A DNA stretch of 62,772 nt, counting the filler, from Candidatus Fermentibacterota bacterium (lineage in GTDB: Bacteria > JAFGKV01), in the NCBI GenBank assembly GCA_016928395.1. It is 6 parts of 5 records of this genome, joined end to end, with 100 filler letters (N's around TTAATTAATTAA, not from the genome) between each part and the next. Parts side by side here need not be neighbours in the genome. Positions count along the whole stretch, not along the records: positions 1 to 22,646 come from JAFGKV010000037.1; 5 more parts are not named here. One strand, given 5' to 3'. Under the pieces are notes generated by a model. The model saw only the letters and a program-made list of their open reading frames with translations. It did not search any database and was not told the DNA's origin. A program made the translations under genes and the position numbers. This document shows, in pieces, positions 1-10,701 of the stretch (positions are counted from its first letter, which is position 1; each line of letters starts with the position of its first letter).

Positions 1-1860
1 AAGCCGGGAGACTTCGCCCGCGACTCTGCGCAATGACGTATCCGGAGAGGAGAGTCTCCCAGGTGAATCCTGACGTACTTGGAGCCGTTGCACGCTCAGA
101 CGAATGGTCGAAAGCGCATCGCGCATGAGCACCGTGATCTCCCGTGCGACCGGTGACCAGGAATCTCCTCCGCGGCTCATTGAGCCGCTGGTATCCTCTT
201 CAACACAGACAAGCCGAACACCGCACCCCAGGTACGGCCGGGGGCCCGCCGTCGAATGGACACGGTAGTACAGGCCATCCCGAAAGAGCCTCGCCTCGCG
301 GGTGGGCCCGGCCTCGGCGCTCCTTGCCCTTTTGGCAAATCCCGCACCGAAAAACAACTCGTCCATGCCGACACCCCGCCGGAGTGGATCGCCCCCAAGG
401 AGATCACGCATCGCCTGGTTGACCCATCGGAGACGTCCCCTGGCAGTACTCAACGCCACAGCGGTTTTCGTATCCGATAAGCCCCTGCACATCCTGCGGC
501 GGGCGACGTGGTGGGATGTGACATCCACGAGCGCCAACATGGCCATTGCCAGAGCTGCCGCCAGTGCGATGGCAAGCCACGGCCGTACCCGGACGCCGCC
601 TCCCAGGGACGCGACCCGGAGGATCTGCCAGGAACGATACTGGCCCCCTTCCCTGGTGACGAGCCAGGGAGGAGCGCCGAATCCCGTGTGGAGCAGCCGG
701 ACTTCGTCATTCCCGGCGACCGTCATCACCTGGCCGTCGGTGAGGGAGACGCATGCGGTGTGCCCATCATATGTCTTCATCACCGCTTCCGGCTCACCGT
801 TGAGATCGAGATCATCCACCGCGGTGAGAGTCACGGGGCCCGAGACCACGCGATAGCGAAACAGAAGCCTCGGTTCTAGGTCGCACACCAGTAGGTCTCC
901 TTCTTCGGAGCCGCACACGATGCGCGTCTCGCCCCCAACCTGGCATGCCATGATTGGCCCGAGCGCGCCTCGCAGGGGGACGGTAGCGTGCATCGACGAC
1001 CCCAGATCATTCAGAATGGAGAGGGTGGGCGGGGATCCCGCCGTGTCCGCGGGGGTCACCAAGACCGCAAGGCGAGGCTGATCCAGGTGGTCATCGAGAA
1101 TCTGTGGATATGCCGCGATTGTGGGAGCGGTGGCGAGGCATGCGCGCCGCACTTCATTCCCGTCCGACGCCAGTACGACAAGCGTGGCTCCCGCGCTGTC
1201 GACGCACGCAACTACCGCGAGCACGCTATCTCCGCGGCTCCACATGAAAACCGGTCCCGACACTCGGCCGGGAAGCGGCTGCCACCAGCGCACGGAGCCC
1301 GTCATCCATTCCACGCAGAGCAGCGCGGTACTCCCCGAACCGTCGGGAGTCAGCGATACTAACAGCTCATCTGGAGGGACTCCGTCGACGTCAAGAACAC
1401 CCTCGATTCGAGGAGACGCCAAGGCCCAGGGTGGATCGATGGGCAAGGGACAGAACGCGACAAGCCCCATGGCACTGGAGATGACTTCGAGGCCTAATGG
1501 GTGGCGAAGACCAATGACGATTTCCGCGGATGAACTTCCGGCGGACCTCACGCCGCGGTCCAGTTCTAGTGCCTGGAGATCGCAGATCGTCCCCCGGGGC
1601 AGGTGGGGACCCGCGATGAAGGCCCCGGAAGCGTTCAGGAGCTGAAGATACGTGGCCTCCACTCCGCCCACGCGGCTGTCGTTGAGGAGAATGATCCTGT
1701 CCTGCCGGTTCAGGTCGACATCCGCAGGAATCTCGATCTGGCAGGGCTCCCGATGCCGGGCGGAGAGGAGAGAAGACGCCAGATGCTCGCGGCCGGGCCT
1801 GGCGAGAGCGACGCCCGGGAGAACACAGAGCATTGCGGCGCATGCCTTCATCCAGCTCAT
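1..1860 (-). CDS. Membrane sensor histidine-kinase-like protein (signal peptide, FG-GAP/beta-propeller-like extracytoplasmic region, TM, PAS-like, degenerate HisKA); 3'-truncated by window start
   Basis: Absent from the ORF track because it has no stop. Hand translation of the minus strand from ATG at 1860 gives 620 stop-free codons: MSWMKACAAMLCVLPGVALA (signal), DVDGVPPDELLV and DDLDLNGEPEAV (FG-GAP-like), WLAIALAAALAMAMLALV (TM), AVALSTARGRLRWVNQAMRDLLG (PAS start), WSPVAREITVLMRDALSTIRLSVQRL...RVAGEVSRL (NtrY-type DHp helices). Confidence 0.8.
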   Translation of the reverse strand, partial: MSWMKACAAMLCVLPGVALARPGREHLASSLLSARHREPCQIEIPADVDLNRQDRIILLNDSRVGGVEATYLQLLNASGAFIAGPHLPRGTICDLQALELDRGVRSAGSSSAEIVIGLRHPLGLEVISSAMGLVAFCPLPIDPPWALASPRIEGVLDVDGVPPDELLVSLTPDGSGSTALLCVEWMTGSVRWWQPLPGRVSGPVFMWSRGDSVLAVVACVDSAGATLVVLASDGNEVRRACLATAPTIAAYPQILDDHLDQPRLAVLVTPADTAGSPPTLSILNDLGSSMHATVPLRGALGPIMACQVGGETRIVCGSEEGDLLVCDLEPRLLFRYRVVSGPVTLTAVDDLDLNGEPEAVMKTYDGHTACVSLTDGQVMTVAGNDEVRLLHTGFGAPPWLVTREGGQYRSWQILRVASLGGGVRVRPWLAIALAAALAMAMLALVDVTSHHVARRRMCRGLSDTKTAVALSTARGRLRWVNQAMRDLLGGDPLRRGVGMDELFFGAGFAKRARSAEAGPTREARLFRDGLYYRVHSTAGPRPYLGCGVRLVCVEEDTSGSMSRGGDSWSPVAREITVLMRDALSTIRLSVQRLQVRQDSPGRLSSPDTSLRRVAGEVSRL

Positions 1861-2083
1861 CGCCTCGCCCTCACTGGCGCCACGCCTCCCTCCCCTACCC
1901 TGGTCTCGCTGTGGGCGGGCGCCCAGAAGGCGCCGAGTGCCGATTACGGCTCGATTCGCTCCCGAGGCACGAGATTCAGGGTTCGGGGTTCAGATCTCGA
2001 TCCTGCCCGGGACGACCGCCTCCTGCAGCCAGACCGCGTATCTCTCTTTTCCTGCTATCTCCTCATTGAAATGCAGCCCGCCC

Positions 2084-3010
2084 TCATGGGCTTTTGGCAA
2101 CCCCGCTCAACGACACGGTAGCCTTGGCGTGCAGCGCTTGCATGTATTCAGGCATGGCCGCGTCGACTTTGCTCTTGAGAAGAAAGGCTTCGAGGTCACT
2201 CCGGGTCTTCTTGTCCAGCACCGCAGGCACCGCCGGCTTAATCTCCTCCACCTTGAGAACGTGAAAGCCAAAGTCGGTGGCCGCGACGGGGCTGATCTCA
2301 CCCTGTTCCACGCCCGCCAGTGCCTCCTGGAGTTGAGGAGCCAGCGCCGATAGCGACACGAACCCCAAGTCGCCGCCTTTGTCCCTGCTCCCCGCATCGT
2401 GCGATTTCAGCGCTGCCAGCTTCGCGAAATCCGCGCCGGCCTGCAGAGCGACAAGAACCTCTTGGATCTCGGCCTCCGTGGGCACGAGGATATGCCGAAG
2501 GTGATACTGCGGGGGAATTCCCAGTTGATCCTTGTTCGCCTCGAAGAACTCGTCAACTTCATCGGTCGTGATCCCGATCTCGCGGGCCTCGATAATGACC
2601 TTCTCCTGCAACATCCCCAGGCGAACCTGGGCCTTAACATCGTCCATGGTCATCCGCTGCGAGGCCAGCCATGTGTCGAATTCCTCAGGGCTGGAATAGC
2701 CGGCAGTCAATTCAGAGACCCGTGCATCAAGATCCTGATCCTTGATCTGGATGTTCAGGGAGGCAGCCTCGTCTTGCACCAGCAGCTCACTGATCATCTG
2801 CCCGAGCACTTGGGCGCCATAGGTCTTGAACATTCGCTGATAGAGCTGGTCATCGGTGATTACGTGGTCGTTTACCTTGGCCACCACGTTGGCCAACTTG
2901 TACTCTATCCTGGGCGAATCCGTCTTCTCACCCGCTTCACCCTGGGCCAACACGCAGGCGGGAACCACCAGCGGCATCAGACCTGTTAGCACGATAGTCA
3001 CTGGACGCAT
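2084..3010 (-). CDS. Parvulin-type peptidyl-prolyl cis-trans isomerase (PrsA/SurA family)
   Basis: Signal peptide, VVAKVNDHVIT N-domain, HLRHILV, FAKLAALKSHDAGSRDKGGDLGF, FGFHVLKVE motifs; AGGAG RBS before ATG 3010. Confidence 0.9.
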   Translation of the reverse strand: MRPVTIVLTGLMPLVVPACVLAQGEAGEKTDSPRIEYKLANVVAKVNDHVITDDQLYQRMFKTYGAQVLGQMISELLVQDEAASLNIQIKDQDLDARVSELTAGYSSPEEFDTWLASQRMTMDDVKAQVRLGMLQEKVIIEAREIGITTDEVDEFFEANKDQLGIPPQYHLRHILVPTEAEIQEVLVALQAGADFAKLAALKSHDAGSRDKGGDLGFVSLSALAPQLQEALAGVEQGEISPVAATDFGFHVLKVEEIKPAVPAVLDKKTRSDLEAFLLKSKVDAAMPEYMQALHAKATVSLSGVAKSP

Positions 3011-3276
3011 GCGAACTCCTTTCCATGAAGACCAAGTGCACTGCCCTCCCACTGACGGGCACACCGAATGCACGTCATGTTGGGCCTCAAGACGCCATCA
3101 CGTCAAGAGCAAATCAAGAGAAGGGTGGATGGATGGATGACGTGGCGGAATGAGGGAGGCACGGACACCCTCCAGTCGGCCACGCGACCACCTATCTGTC
3201 ACTCCAGGCCCATCCACCCTGAGCTCTGTCATCCACACCTCGCCTGGTCTCCGCTCAACTGCCCCCGCCATGAGGG

Positions 3277-6200
3277 TCAGAATCGGCGATACAGCGCAGC
3301 TTTCGTGTGTTCTACCACGATCTCCCCTATGGCCCGGAAAGACGCCAGGTAGGGGCTCGAAGCAGCCATCTCCCCATTGATACGTTCGATCACGATGCGA
3401 CGCTGGGGTTGCACGGGGCGAGTGAGCAGATGGGTGAACACCGTTAGGTATCGCGGGAGACTAGTATCAGACGGCGAGACGAAGAACGTCACCTCCCCGC
3501 CGTGGCGTTGCGAGATCACCACCAATCGATCCCCGTGATAGACCAGATGAGTTCCTGGCAGACGCGTGGGCAAGGGTACCGAGAGCCCAGTGACAGGTAC
3601 GCCACACAATGAGGCGGGATCGGCAGCGCTCAGCCAGAATACTTCACCGGTCCCCGCCTCCCGCAATGACCCCAGCGCATGGGCAGCCATGAACTGAAGG
3701 CCTGGGATCCCCTCGAAGAAACGCCCAGACACCACCTCGCCGGACAGCTCCATGATCCGCAATGATCGGAATATTCGGCTCCACCGAAACGCACAGAGCT
3801 CATGTTCGAGCAACTCACGGAAGAGGATGCCGTATCGGTTCAGGAGGATACGAATACGCTCTTTCTGCCGCTCCTCGCGCTCGATGCCATCCCCCCCAGG
3901 TTCGGGCCAAGGGATCCGGTACCAGTTCCCCTCCAGCGGCAGCGAGCCTCGCCAGCGTCCAAAGGCGCTGCGTGATGGTCGGCGCCCCCGCTCCGGGGAA
4001 GCCTCCGAGGGCGCCAACTGGAATGAAGCACCCACGCCGCGTCGCACGGCAAGGAATGAGTCATTCGCCATCTCCCCCTCCCACACGGCCCGCCATAGGC
4101 GATCGACCAGGTCTCTGACCGGCACCGTACACCTGAGCATGAGCGTACTGAGATCATACTTACCCCACGGATCGGGAAAGATGTCATGCAATGACGTGGT
4201 CTCGTCTGGCCGGGAACCGCCGCTTGGTTCCCATGGCTCATCCCGCACCAGATCCAGGTCGTGCCAGCGCGTGAACACCACACGCCGGTCTCCGCACCCG
4301 ATCCACCGCATCTCGCCCTCCCGGAGCAAGGCATCGAGCCATGCCGGCGCGTATCCACGCAGCCGGGCGGGGAGTATCTCCGTTTCCCATAGGCCCGCGG
4401 AGGCCGGACATGCCGCCAAACGCGAGACGCGATCCCTCGTGGCATCTGGGGAATTCCCCTGCGGCGCGACCCCCTGGTGAAAGGCTAGGAAGGAGGCGAT
4501 TCTATCGGCCGGTAAGGGTTCAAAGGCCCAGGACGTCTCGCGTCGTAGAGACTTAAGAATCCACATGAAGTTAGCCGCTTCACATATCTGTCTCCCAACG
4601 GATTCTTCGGTCAGTTCCCCGCACACGATTTTGCCTTCGGCCTCCAGGGCATCCAGTGCACGGCAGGCCCGTTCGCGACCAACTCCGAGAGTATCGGCAA
4701 TGGCCGACTGGGGCAGCGGCCCATAGAACCGAAGCCAGTCCGAGAGAATGACCGGCAAGAGCTCGTCAGGATCATAATCGGGGCAGGCGGGGATCTCCAT
4801 GGATCTCCCTGAGAGCGCGTGCGCGATGGCGCCCGTCCCGGGATGTAGAGCCCAGGTCACCCGGGACAGGTCTTCCACGGCCATGAGCAGCGTCGCCCCG
4901 CCGGGGAGCACTAGCCACACCAGCCGCGTGGCCAAGGAATCGATCACCTCCGGGAGGCACGTTTCCCGGGCGATATGCTCCCGCAACATCTCCCACTCGG
5001 CCGCCGGGATGGCGATGCGCTCCCTCACCCAGTCGAGCAAATCAGACGCACTGGTCGGCACATACCCGGGAATCAGCCGCTGCCGCTTCTGTGCGAAGCG
5101 CTTTGCTGCATCCGCGGAGATCTTTGGCCTGAGGTGCGGCGACCGTGCCACCTCGTTGATGAGATCGGCATCCGCTCTTGACCGGCCTGTGGGCTTGTCG
5201 CCCATATACATATACTCATTGATCTGACGCCACGCCGCACACCGCGCGAAGGGGCTGGGGTGGCCTGTGCGGACATGGGACCACCGGATTGACCCCGCCT
5301 CGATCGCCCAAAGCACAAGGTGCAGGCGATCAAGATCGAACTCATCCTGGAGACACGTGCGCCAGGCTTCCAGGAGGATCGGGAAGTCATCGAGATCACG
5401 GACCGCCTCAAACAGCTTCTGGGATCGCAGTCTATTCATCCAGAGGGGCATGCGCTCCGCTACTCTGCGCCTCGGGAGAAGCAAGGCGCGGCCCGCCGCT
5501 TCCCTGAACCGCGCGGCGAAAATCCCTGAACCTTCCAGGCGTCGGCGGACAAGGGCGTCCAGCGTGCCAGGGGCGACCATGGACAGAATCTCCCCTGCAT
5601 CCATGTCCTCGGCGAGCACCACCACGATGGTGTCGTTGGATGGGTAAATCTCGGGTAGAAACCCATGCCGTTGCTCCCACGCCGCGCCCAAGGCCAAGGC
5701 CCAGGGATGATTGACTCTCAGCCCGAAGCACGAATGAATAATCACTTGGGTGCCTGGGCCACCCCCGGGGCCGCTGTCCACATGCTCGACGACGAGGTGA
5801 TGGCGGTGCGGCACGTCGCATCCGGTGGCCGACGCCTGACTCTGCAAGAAGCCGACGAGCGCTTCGGCAGCCGCCGGTTCAAGGTGATGCACGGAGACGA
5901 GTGTTGCGGCGAAATCGGGATCGTGTGCCCGATCCGCGGCGGTCTCCAGAAAGCGACCGATCAACTCCGAGAAATGGGCGTCTCTCCGGTACCCTTCGCC
6001 TCTCCAGAAGGGGGTAGATGCCGCTCTGGAGGGAACGGGCGTCACAACTACGTCATTGTGGGTGATGCGCTGGATCCGCCAGGTCTGGCTCCCCAGAGTA
6101 AAGCTTTCCCCAGGCGAGGCTTCCCACACGAACTCCTCATCCAACTCACCCACCCGGGCACCGTCCTGACGCCGAAGGTGGAAGTAGCCTCGATCGGGAA

Positions 6201-7698
6201 TGACGCCACCCGACGCATAGAGCGTCAGCAATGATCCGCGGCGGCCGACAACCGTTTTGGCGATACGATCCACGCATACCAGGGGAGCGAGTTCGCGAAT
6301 CCTGGTATCTGCAAAGCGGCCGGCCAGCATGCCGAGCACCAAATCGAACATACGGCGGGTCAGCCCGTTGAAGGGATGACTGGTACGCACCGCGGCGAAG
6401 AGGCTGTCGATATCCCACTGTTCGATCCCCACCATGGAGACGATGATCTGGGCCAGTACGTCTAATGGGCAGGCAACCGGTCGCGTGGGCTCGATATCGC
6501 CCGAAAGAACGGCAGGGACCAGGGCCGCCGCCTCCACCAGATCATGGGCGTGGGTGGGCACGAACACCCCGCGGGAGATACCGCCGACCCGATGCCCGGA
6601 GCGCCCGATCCGCTGGAGGGCAGAAGACACCGAGGAGGGGCATGAGACCAGCACCACCTCGTCGATGGACCCGATGTCAATGCCCAATTCGAGGCTGTGC
6701 GTGGCCACGATGGCCTTTAACTGGCCAGATTTGAGTCGCTGTTCGACATCATGGCGGATTTCGCGAGACAAGGAACCGTGGTGCGCGTATGCTACTGTGG
6801 CATCTTCGGCGCGGTTGATCGCCAGCGTGAGCCGTTCGCTCACCCGCCTGCTAGTGGTAAAAAACAAGGTGGAGCGATTGCGAGCGATGATGCTGCGCAT
6901 CTGGAGAGCCATGGTATCCCAGAATGAGCCGTCCTGATCGCCGATCCGGGCAGTAAGCGCGACGCGGAGTTCGCAGGTCTTCGTCGGTGCCGTTCGAATC
7001 ACGACGACATCCCTGGCTGTGAAGGCTGGATCGTGGGACGGACCAGACACGACATACCCGCCGATGAAACGAGCCGCCTCGTCCTCCGGCTGCACGGTGG
7101 CCGACAAAGCGATCCTCTGGAACTCACCGGCCATCGCCACAAGACGGTCAACGGCCGTGATGAGATACGTACCCCGCTTTGTTCCCAACACCGCATGCAC
7201 CTCGTCAAGGATGACCGCCTTGATTTCGCCCAACACGCCTCTGCCACGGGGTGAACTGAGGAGCAGGTTGAGACTCTCTGGTGTCGTGATGAGAATCTCC
7301 GGAGGGTGCCGAATCATGGCCTGCCGCGCTGCGGAGGGTGTATCGCCGCTGCGGGTAAGCACTCGAATGCGAGGCATGGGTTCGCCGCCCACGCAGAATT
7401 CCTGCCGCAACTCGTGGAGCGGAACGATGAGATTACGCTGGATATCGTTGTTCAGGGCGCGCAGCGGCGATACGTAGAGTACGCTGGTCTGCCCTGAGGG
7501 CCACTGCCCGCGGACGAGCCGGTCTATCGCCCACAGGAACGCCGCCATGGTCTTTCCGCTGCCCGTGGGTGCAATCATGAGCACGTGATCGCCGCGGGCA
7601 ATGCACGGCCATGCAGACCGCTGCACCTGGGTCGGATCACCCATGCGGGCTTCAAACCACCGCGCCACCCACGGGTGAAAGAGGGAAAGAACGCTCAT
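3277..7698 (-). CDS. lhr: Lhr-family ATP-dependent helicase, full-length form with C-terminal extension
   Basis: APTGSGKT, YVSPLRAL, ILITTPESL, DEVH, LSAT, HHGSLS, SLELGIDIG, QRIGRSGH, IPDRG and ELDEEF motifs; C-terminal GRFFEGIPGLQF and SAADPA typical of the Lhr CTD. Start taken at MSVLSLFHP. Confidence 0.92.
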   Translation of the reverse strand: MSVLSLFHPWVARWFEARMGDPTQVQRSAWPCIARGDHVLMIAPTGSGKTMAAFLWAIDRLVRGQWPSGQTSVLYVSPLRALNNDIQRNLIVPLHELRQEFCVGGEPMPRIRVLTRSGDTPSAARQAMIRHPPEILITTPESLNLLLSSPRGRGVLGEIKAVILDEVHAVLGTKRGTYLITAVDRLVAMAGEFQRIALSATVQPEDEAARFIGGYVVSGPSHDPAFTARDVVVIRTAPTKTCELRVALTARIGDQDGSFWDTMALQMRSIIARNRSTLFFTTSRRVSERLTLAINRAEDATVAYAHHGSLSREIRHDVEQRLKSGQLKAIVATHSLELGIDIGSIDEVVLVSCPSSVSSALQRIGRSGHRVGGISRGVFVPTHAHDLVEAAALVPAVLSGDIEPTRPVACPLDVLAQIIVSMVGIEQWDIDSLFAAVRTSHPFNGLTRRMFDLVLGMLAGRFADTRIRELAPLVCVDRIAKTVVGRRGSLLTLYASGGVIPDRGYFHLRRQDGARVGELDEEFVWEASPGESFTLGSQTWRIQRITHNDVVVTPVPSRAASTPFWRGEGYRRDAHFSELIGRFLETAADRAHDPDFAATLVSVHHLEPAAAEALVGFLQSQASATGCDVPHRHHLVVEHVDSGPGGGPGTQVIIHSCFGLRVNHPWALALGAAWEQRHGFLPEIYPSNDTIVVVLAEDMDAGEILSMVAPGTLDALVRRRLEGSGIFAARFREAAGRALLLPRRRVAERMPLWMNRLRSQKLFEAVRDLDDFPILLEAWRTCLQDEFDLDRLHLVLWAIEAGSIRWSHVRTGHPSPFARCAAWRQINEYMYMGDKPTGRSRADADLINEVARSPHLRPKISADAAKRFAQKRQRLIPGYVPTSASDLLDWVRERIAIPAAEWEMLREHIARETCLPEVIDSLATRLVWLVLPGGATLLMAVEDLSRVTWALHPGTGAIAHALSGRSMEIPACPDYDPDELLPVILSDWLRFYGPLPQSAIADTLGVGRERACRALDALEAEGKIVCGELTEESVGRQICEAANFMWILKSLRRETSWAFEPLPADRIASFLAFHQGVAPQGNSPDATRDRVSRLAACPASAGLWETEILPARLRGYAPAWLDALLREGEMRWIGCGDRRVVFTRWHDLDLVRDEPWEPSGGSRPDETTSLHDIFPDPWGKYDLSTLMLRCTVPVRDLVDRLWRAVWEGEMANDSFLAVRRGVGASFQLAPSEASPERGRRPSRSAFGRWRGSLPLEGNWYRIPWPEPGGDGIEREERQKERIRILLNRYGILFRELLEHELCAFRWSRIFRSLRIMELSGEVVSGRFFEGIPGLQFMAAHALGSLREAGTGEVFWLSAADPASLCGVPVTGLSVPLPTRLPGTHLVYHGDRLVVISQRHGGEVTFFVSPSDTSLPRYLTVFTHLLTRPVQPQRRIVIERINGEMAASSPYLASFRAIGEIVVEHTKAALYRRF

Positions 7699-7871
7699 AT
7701 CCTGGTCCGGATGGTCACAGATCGCTGCCACCGCACAGCGCTGCACTGGCGAAGGAAGAGGCAGCAGGCGGCTTCACCCTTAGGTGCGACGTGCAACGAT
7801 AGCCTGGGAGGCCCGTGCGGGAAGCCACGGATGCCAACTTTTGGTGAAACGAGGAGGCTCGTCCACGGGCT

Positions 7872-9104
7872 TTATGGCCCCGGCAGCCTCCGGCGGGTCC
7901 ACGGCTCGAAGCCCGTGAAACCCAGCGATGCCTCCAGGTAGGTTTCCTTCACCCCATACCGAAGCAACCCACCTCGACGGCCCACGGCGATCGCCACCTG
8001 GACCACGCCTTGCCCTTGACCGGCACCCAGCATTGTCCCCGCAGTGAACGCCTCATCCGACGGTGGCGTAGACGACATGCCTCCATCAGGAAGCGGTACC
8101 AAGTAGTACCCCGGCCGGGATCGATAGCCGATCCGGATGGGAGGATACGTGCGCTCCCCGTTCGTGGGTACGAACTCAAGACCGATGCTCACCACGGTGA
8201 CATCGCGAAATTCGTCAGATTGGCCTTCGAAGGTCGCCTCGCTCCATCTCTCCTTCCACACATCCGCGGCCAAGGAGAGACCTCTCAGCGGCCCGACACC
8301 GATGCCGGCCCCAAAGCGCGAGGGCAACGAATAGTCGAACTCCGTGCTCCGATCGACGTAATGGGTGGTATGGATGGTCAGAAGCCCGTTCCCGGTAGAC
8401 GATCCGCGCCAATACGCACCCAATCCAACTGTTCCACCATCCCAGAAGAATCCCAGTGCGGGGTAGCCTCCGCTGTGCTTCTGCAGCAGTTCATCCTTGG
8501 TGTCGACGTAGGAAGAATTCTCGAAATCCAAGTTGGAAATGGTGCGCACGCTGCCGAACAACCAACGCCATCCCGCGCCGATGCCGATGCCGGAGCCCGG
8601 CGAATACGCAATAGAGAGACCCCCGGCATACACTCCGCCACTGCGATTCAGTTTTCTTGTGTACGCCAACCCCGCCTCCGTAGTGCAGGCCTCGGCAAAA
8701 CTATACTGGGCGGAATGGAGTTGCTCAATACCCAATCCCAGGGCAACTCCCCATTGTAGAGGCAGAGAGAATACTCCTGATGAAAGCCGGCCCGATGTCA
8801 GCCGCTGCGAGGACGATCCATCGCTTCCCCAGTTTACAAATGGCCGATACGTCAGGTTGAACGACGCGGTAGACACGCGGGCAAGACTGGCAGGATTGAC
8901 GGCATCCACATAGGCGCCGGTCGCTCCCAGCCCTGCGCCTCCCATGGCGAATGCTCGCTGATCCACCGAGAGCATCGACTCGCCGAAATACTGGGACGAC
9001 AGAACTCCGGCCCCGTACACAGGAGTCAATCCTCCCGTAAAGACGCAACACAGAACCGCCACGCACGCCAGGCGCGGCCATAAATCGTGAGTTCTGGGTG
9101 TCAT
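7872..9104 (-). CDS. Outer-membrane beta-barrel protein (FadL/PorV-like superfamily)
   Basis: Signal peptide, RAFAMGGAG and NPASL N-terminal motifs, alternating amphipathic strands; overlaps the upstream lipoprotein stop. Confidence 0.7.
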   Translation of the reverse strand: MTPRTHDLWPRLACVAVLCCVFTGGLTPVYGAGVLSSQYFGESMLSVDQRAFAMGGAGLGATGAYVDAVNPASLARVSTASFNLTYRPFVNWGSDGSSSQRLTSGRLSSGVFSLPLQWGVALGLGIEQLHSAQYSFAEACTTEAGLAYTRKLNRSGGVYAGGLSIAYSPGSGIGIGAGWRWLFGSVRTISNLDFENSSYVDTKDELLQKHSGGYPALGFFWDGGTVGLGAYWRGSSTGNGLLTIHTTHYVDRSTEFDYSLPSRFGAGIGVGPLRGLSLAADVWKERWSEATFEGQSDEFRDVTVVSIGLEFVPTNGERTYPPIRIGYRSRPGYYLVPLPDGGMSSTPPSDEAFTAGTMLGAGQGQGVVQVAIAVGRRGGLLRYGVKETYLEASLGFTGFEPWTRRRLPGP

Positions 9105-10345
9105 CGGCTGCTCTCCGCAGGTGGCGGCGTGCCCCCGGGTGAAGCCGGCGCATACCCTCCGGGAGGCAAAGGAGGCACTGAGTAGTCGATCTCGATACGG
9201 GGAGTCAATCCCGCGGGTCCATCAATGGGGAAGAACGGGCAGAACGCCACCGCATTGTCCTCTGCGCTGAATCGAACCTGGAATCCGTTGTTGTCAATGG
9301 CCCGGGCCACCCATTCCTTCACGGCGCTGCTTATGTTGAACGACACCTCGGAAACGCCGGGCACCACCAGTGACTGATTCACATACGGCGACATCACGGC
9401 AGTGGAGTCTCCCCGCCAGATACTGTCGATGAGTTCGACCTGCAGCGACTTGGTCTCGAGAAGCGCCTGGGTAGTGTCACAATAGAGATAGAGGGTCGCG
9501 TAGTTGATGGTGACGGTACTGTCCAGCACATCGGGAAGCGGGAAATGGATCAGCATACGATAGCCGACGCCACTGCCGACCAAGAGCCTATCCTCGGCCA
9601 CCGGCGCGACGCGACGGGCGATAGAGGCATCGGCCGCGGCATAGAGCACTCGGGTGGTGTCGTTACCCGCGGTATCTACGAAGCTAACCTCCCATTGCGG
9701 ACGCAGGGTCACGGCGGCCTCGCGGCTATTGAAACGCCACAAGGACTGCGAGAACCCCTCATCATCCAGCCGGACCATGAAACCATAGTTCTCCGCGCGC
9801 TCCTCATAGATCTGACGCGTGACGGCTGCGGGAATGACGAACGTGACCCGCGAGGTATCGGCATGCAGCGAGCATGGCCCCGCCTCGGCGATGGTTAGCG
9901 GGAAGACGACACCTCCGGGCGAATCCCAGAGAAGGTCCCCAGTGCTGTCAGTGTTTGCCCGCTCCCAGGTCACGACGCTCTCATTCCAAAACTGCCGAAC
10001 CCGGTACAGCCGGAACCATACGGGATCATCCTGACCCACCTGAAGCGTCAGAGTGAGCCTGCTCTCCCCATAACTCTGCACAGTCGTGTCTACCAAGGCA
10101 AACCGCAGGAGCGAATGGGCCTCGTAGCCACCATCTCTTCCTACGAACAGCACCGCGCCTCCCCCCAGAGGCACGACACGGGCAAACGTCGTTTCGGCGT
10201 CGGCAGAGTCAATCACTAGACTGAGCGGCTGAGAACCCTGACCCGGAAGACCGCCCAACCATGGAGCGACCGGTCCCTCTTTCGTACTACAGCTCAGCAG
10301 GCATGCCAGGGTCAGCGCCGCCGCTATGATACGCCTATCCGGCAT
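9101..10345 (-). CDS. Putative lipoprotein with two beta-sandwich (DNRLRE/DUF4270-like) domains
   Basis: Lipobox [29 protein letters not shown] and RPQWEV in domain 1; a similar NNGFQV...PRIEIDY in domain 2. Confidence 0.6.
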   Translation of the reverse strand: MPDRRIIAAALTLACLLSCSTKEGPVAPWLGGLPGQGSQPLSLVIDSADAETTFARVVPLGGGAVLFVGRDGGYEAHSLLRFALVDTTVQSYGESRLTLTLQVGQDDPVWFRLYRVRQFWNESVVTWERANTDSTGDLLWDSPGGVVFPLTIAEAGPCSLHADTSRVTFVIPAAVTRQIYEERAENYGFMVRLDDEGFSQSLWRFNSREAAVTLRPQWEVSFVDTAGNDTTRVLYAAADASIARRVAPVAEDRLLVGSGVGYRMLIHFPLPDVLDSTVTINYATLYLYCDTTQALLETKSLQVELIDSIWRGDSTAVMSPYVNQSLVVPGVSEVSFNISSAVKEWVARAIDNNGFQVRFSAEDNAVAFCPFFPIDGPAGLTPRIEIDYSVPPLPPGGYAPASPGGTPPPAESSR

Positions 10346-10532
10346 TGTGTGACCCTGGACGTGGTGGTTCCTCCTTGGTGACATCACGCTCGATCTCCCG
10401 CATTCCCCGCTTGAACTCGTTGATGCCGCTACCCAGAGAGCGCATGACCTCCGGGATTCGTTTCGCCCCGAAGAGCAAGAGAACTACCAGCAAGATCACC
10501 AACAGCTCTTGCATGCCGATCATACCAGGCAT
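10335..10532 (-). CDS. tatA: Sec-independent translocase subunit TatA/E
   Basis: [39 protein letters not shown] is the canonical TatA signature. Confidence 0.95.
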   Translation of the reverse strand: MPGMIGMQELLVILLVVLLLFGAKRIPEVMRSLGSGINEFKRGMREIERDVTKEEPPRPGSHNAG

Positions 10533-10701
10533 AACCTCTTCCCTCCTCACAACGCAGTAGTGCCGAGTGGCGCTATTCCGTACATTTGGTAACTGCAGTT
10601 AGGGTGCCGGCACCAACCATGTCAAGCAGGGCTGATGGATCACTGTCGGCCGCGGCCGGCGCGCGTCGCACGCGAGCCGCTGGAGAATACACCACAACGC
10701 G

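Noticed and set aside
144-2121. Short ORFs listed in 144-2121
   Set aside because: They are shadows of the real minus-strand gene 1-1860.
10290-10345. Tat signal in the lipoprotein downstream of tatA (DRRII)
   Set aside because: It lacks the S/T-R-R-x-F-L consensus; an ordinary Sec lipoprotein signal is equally likely.
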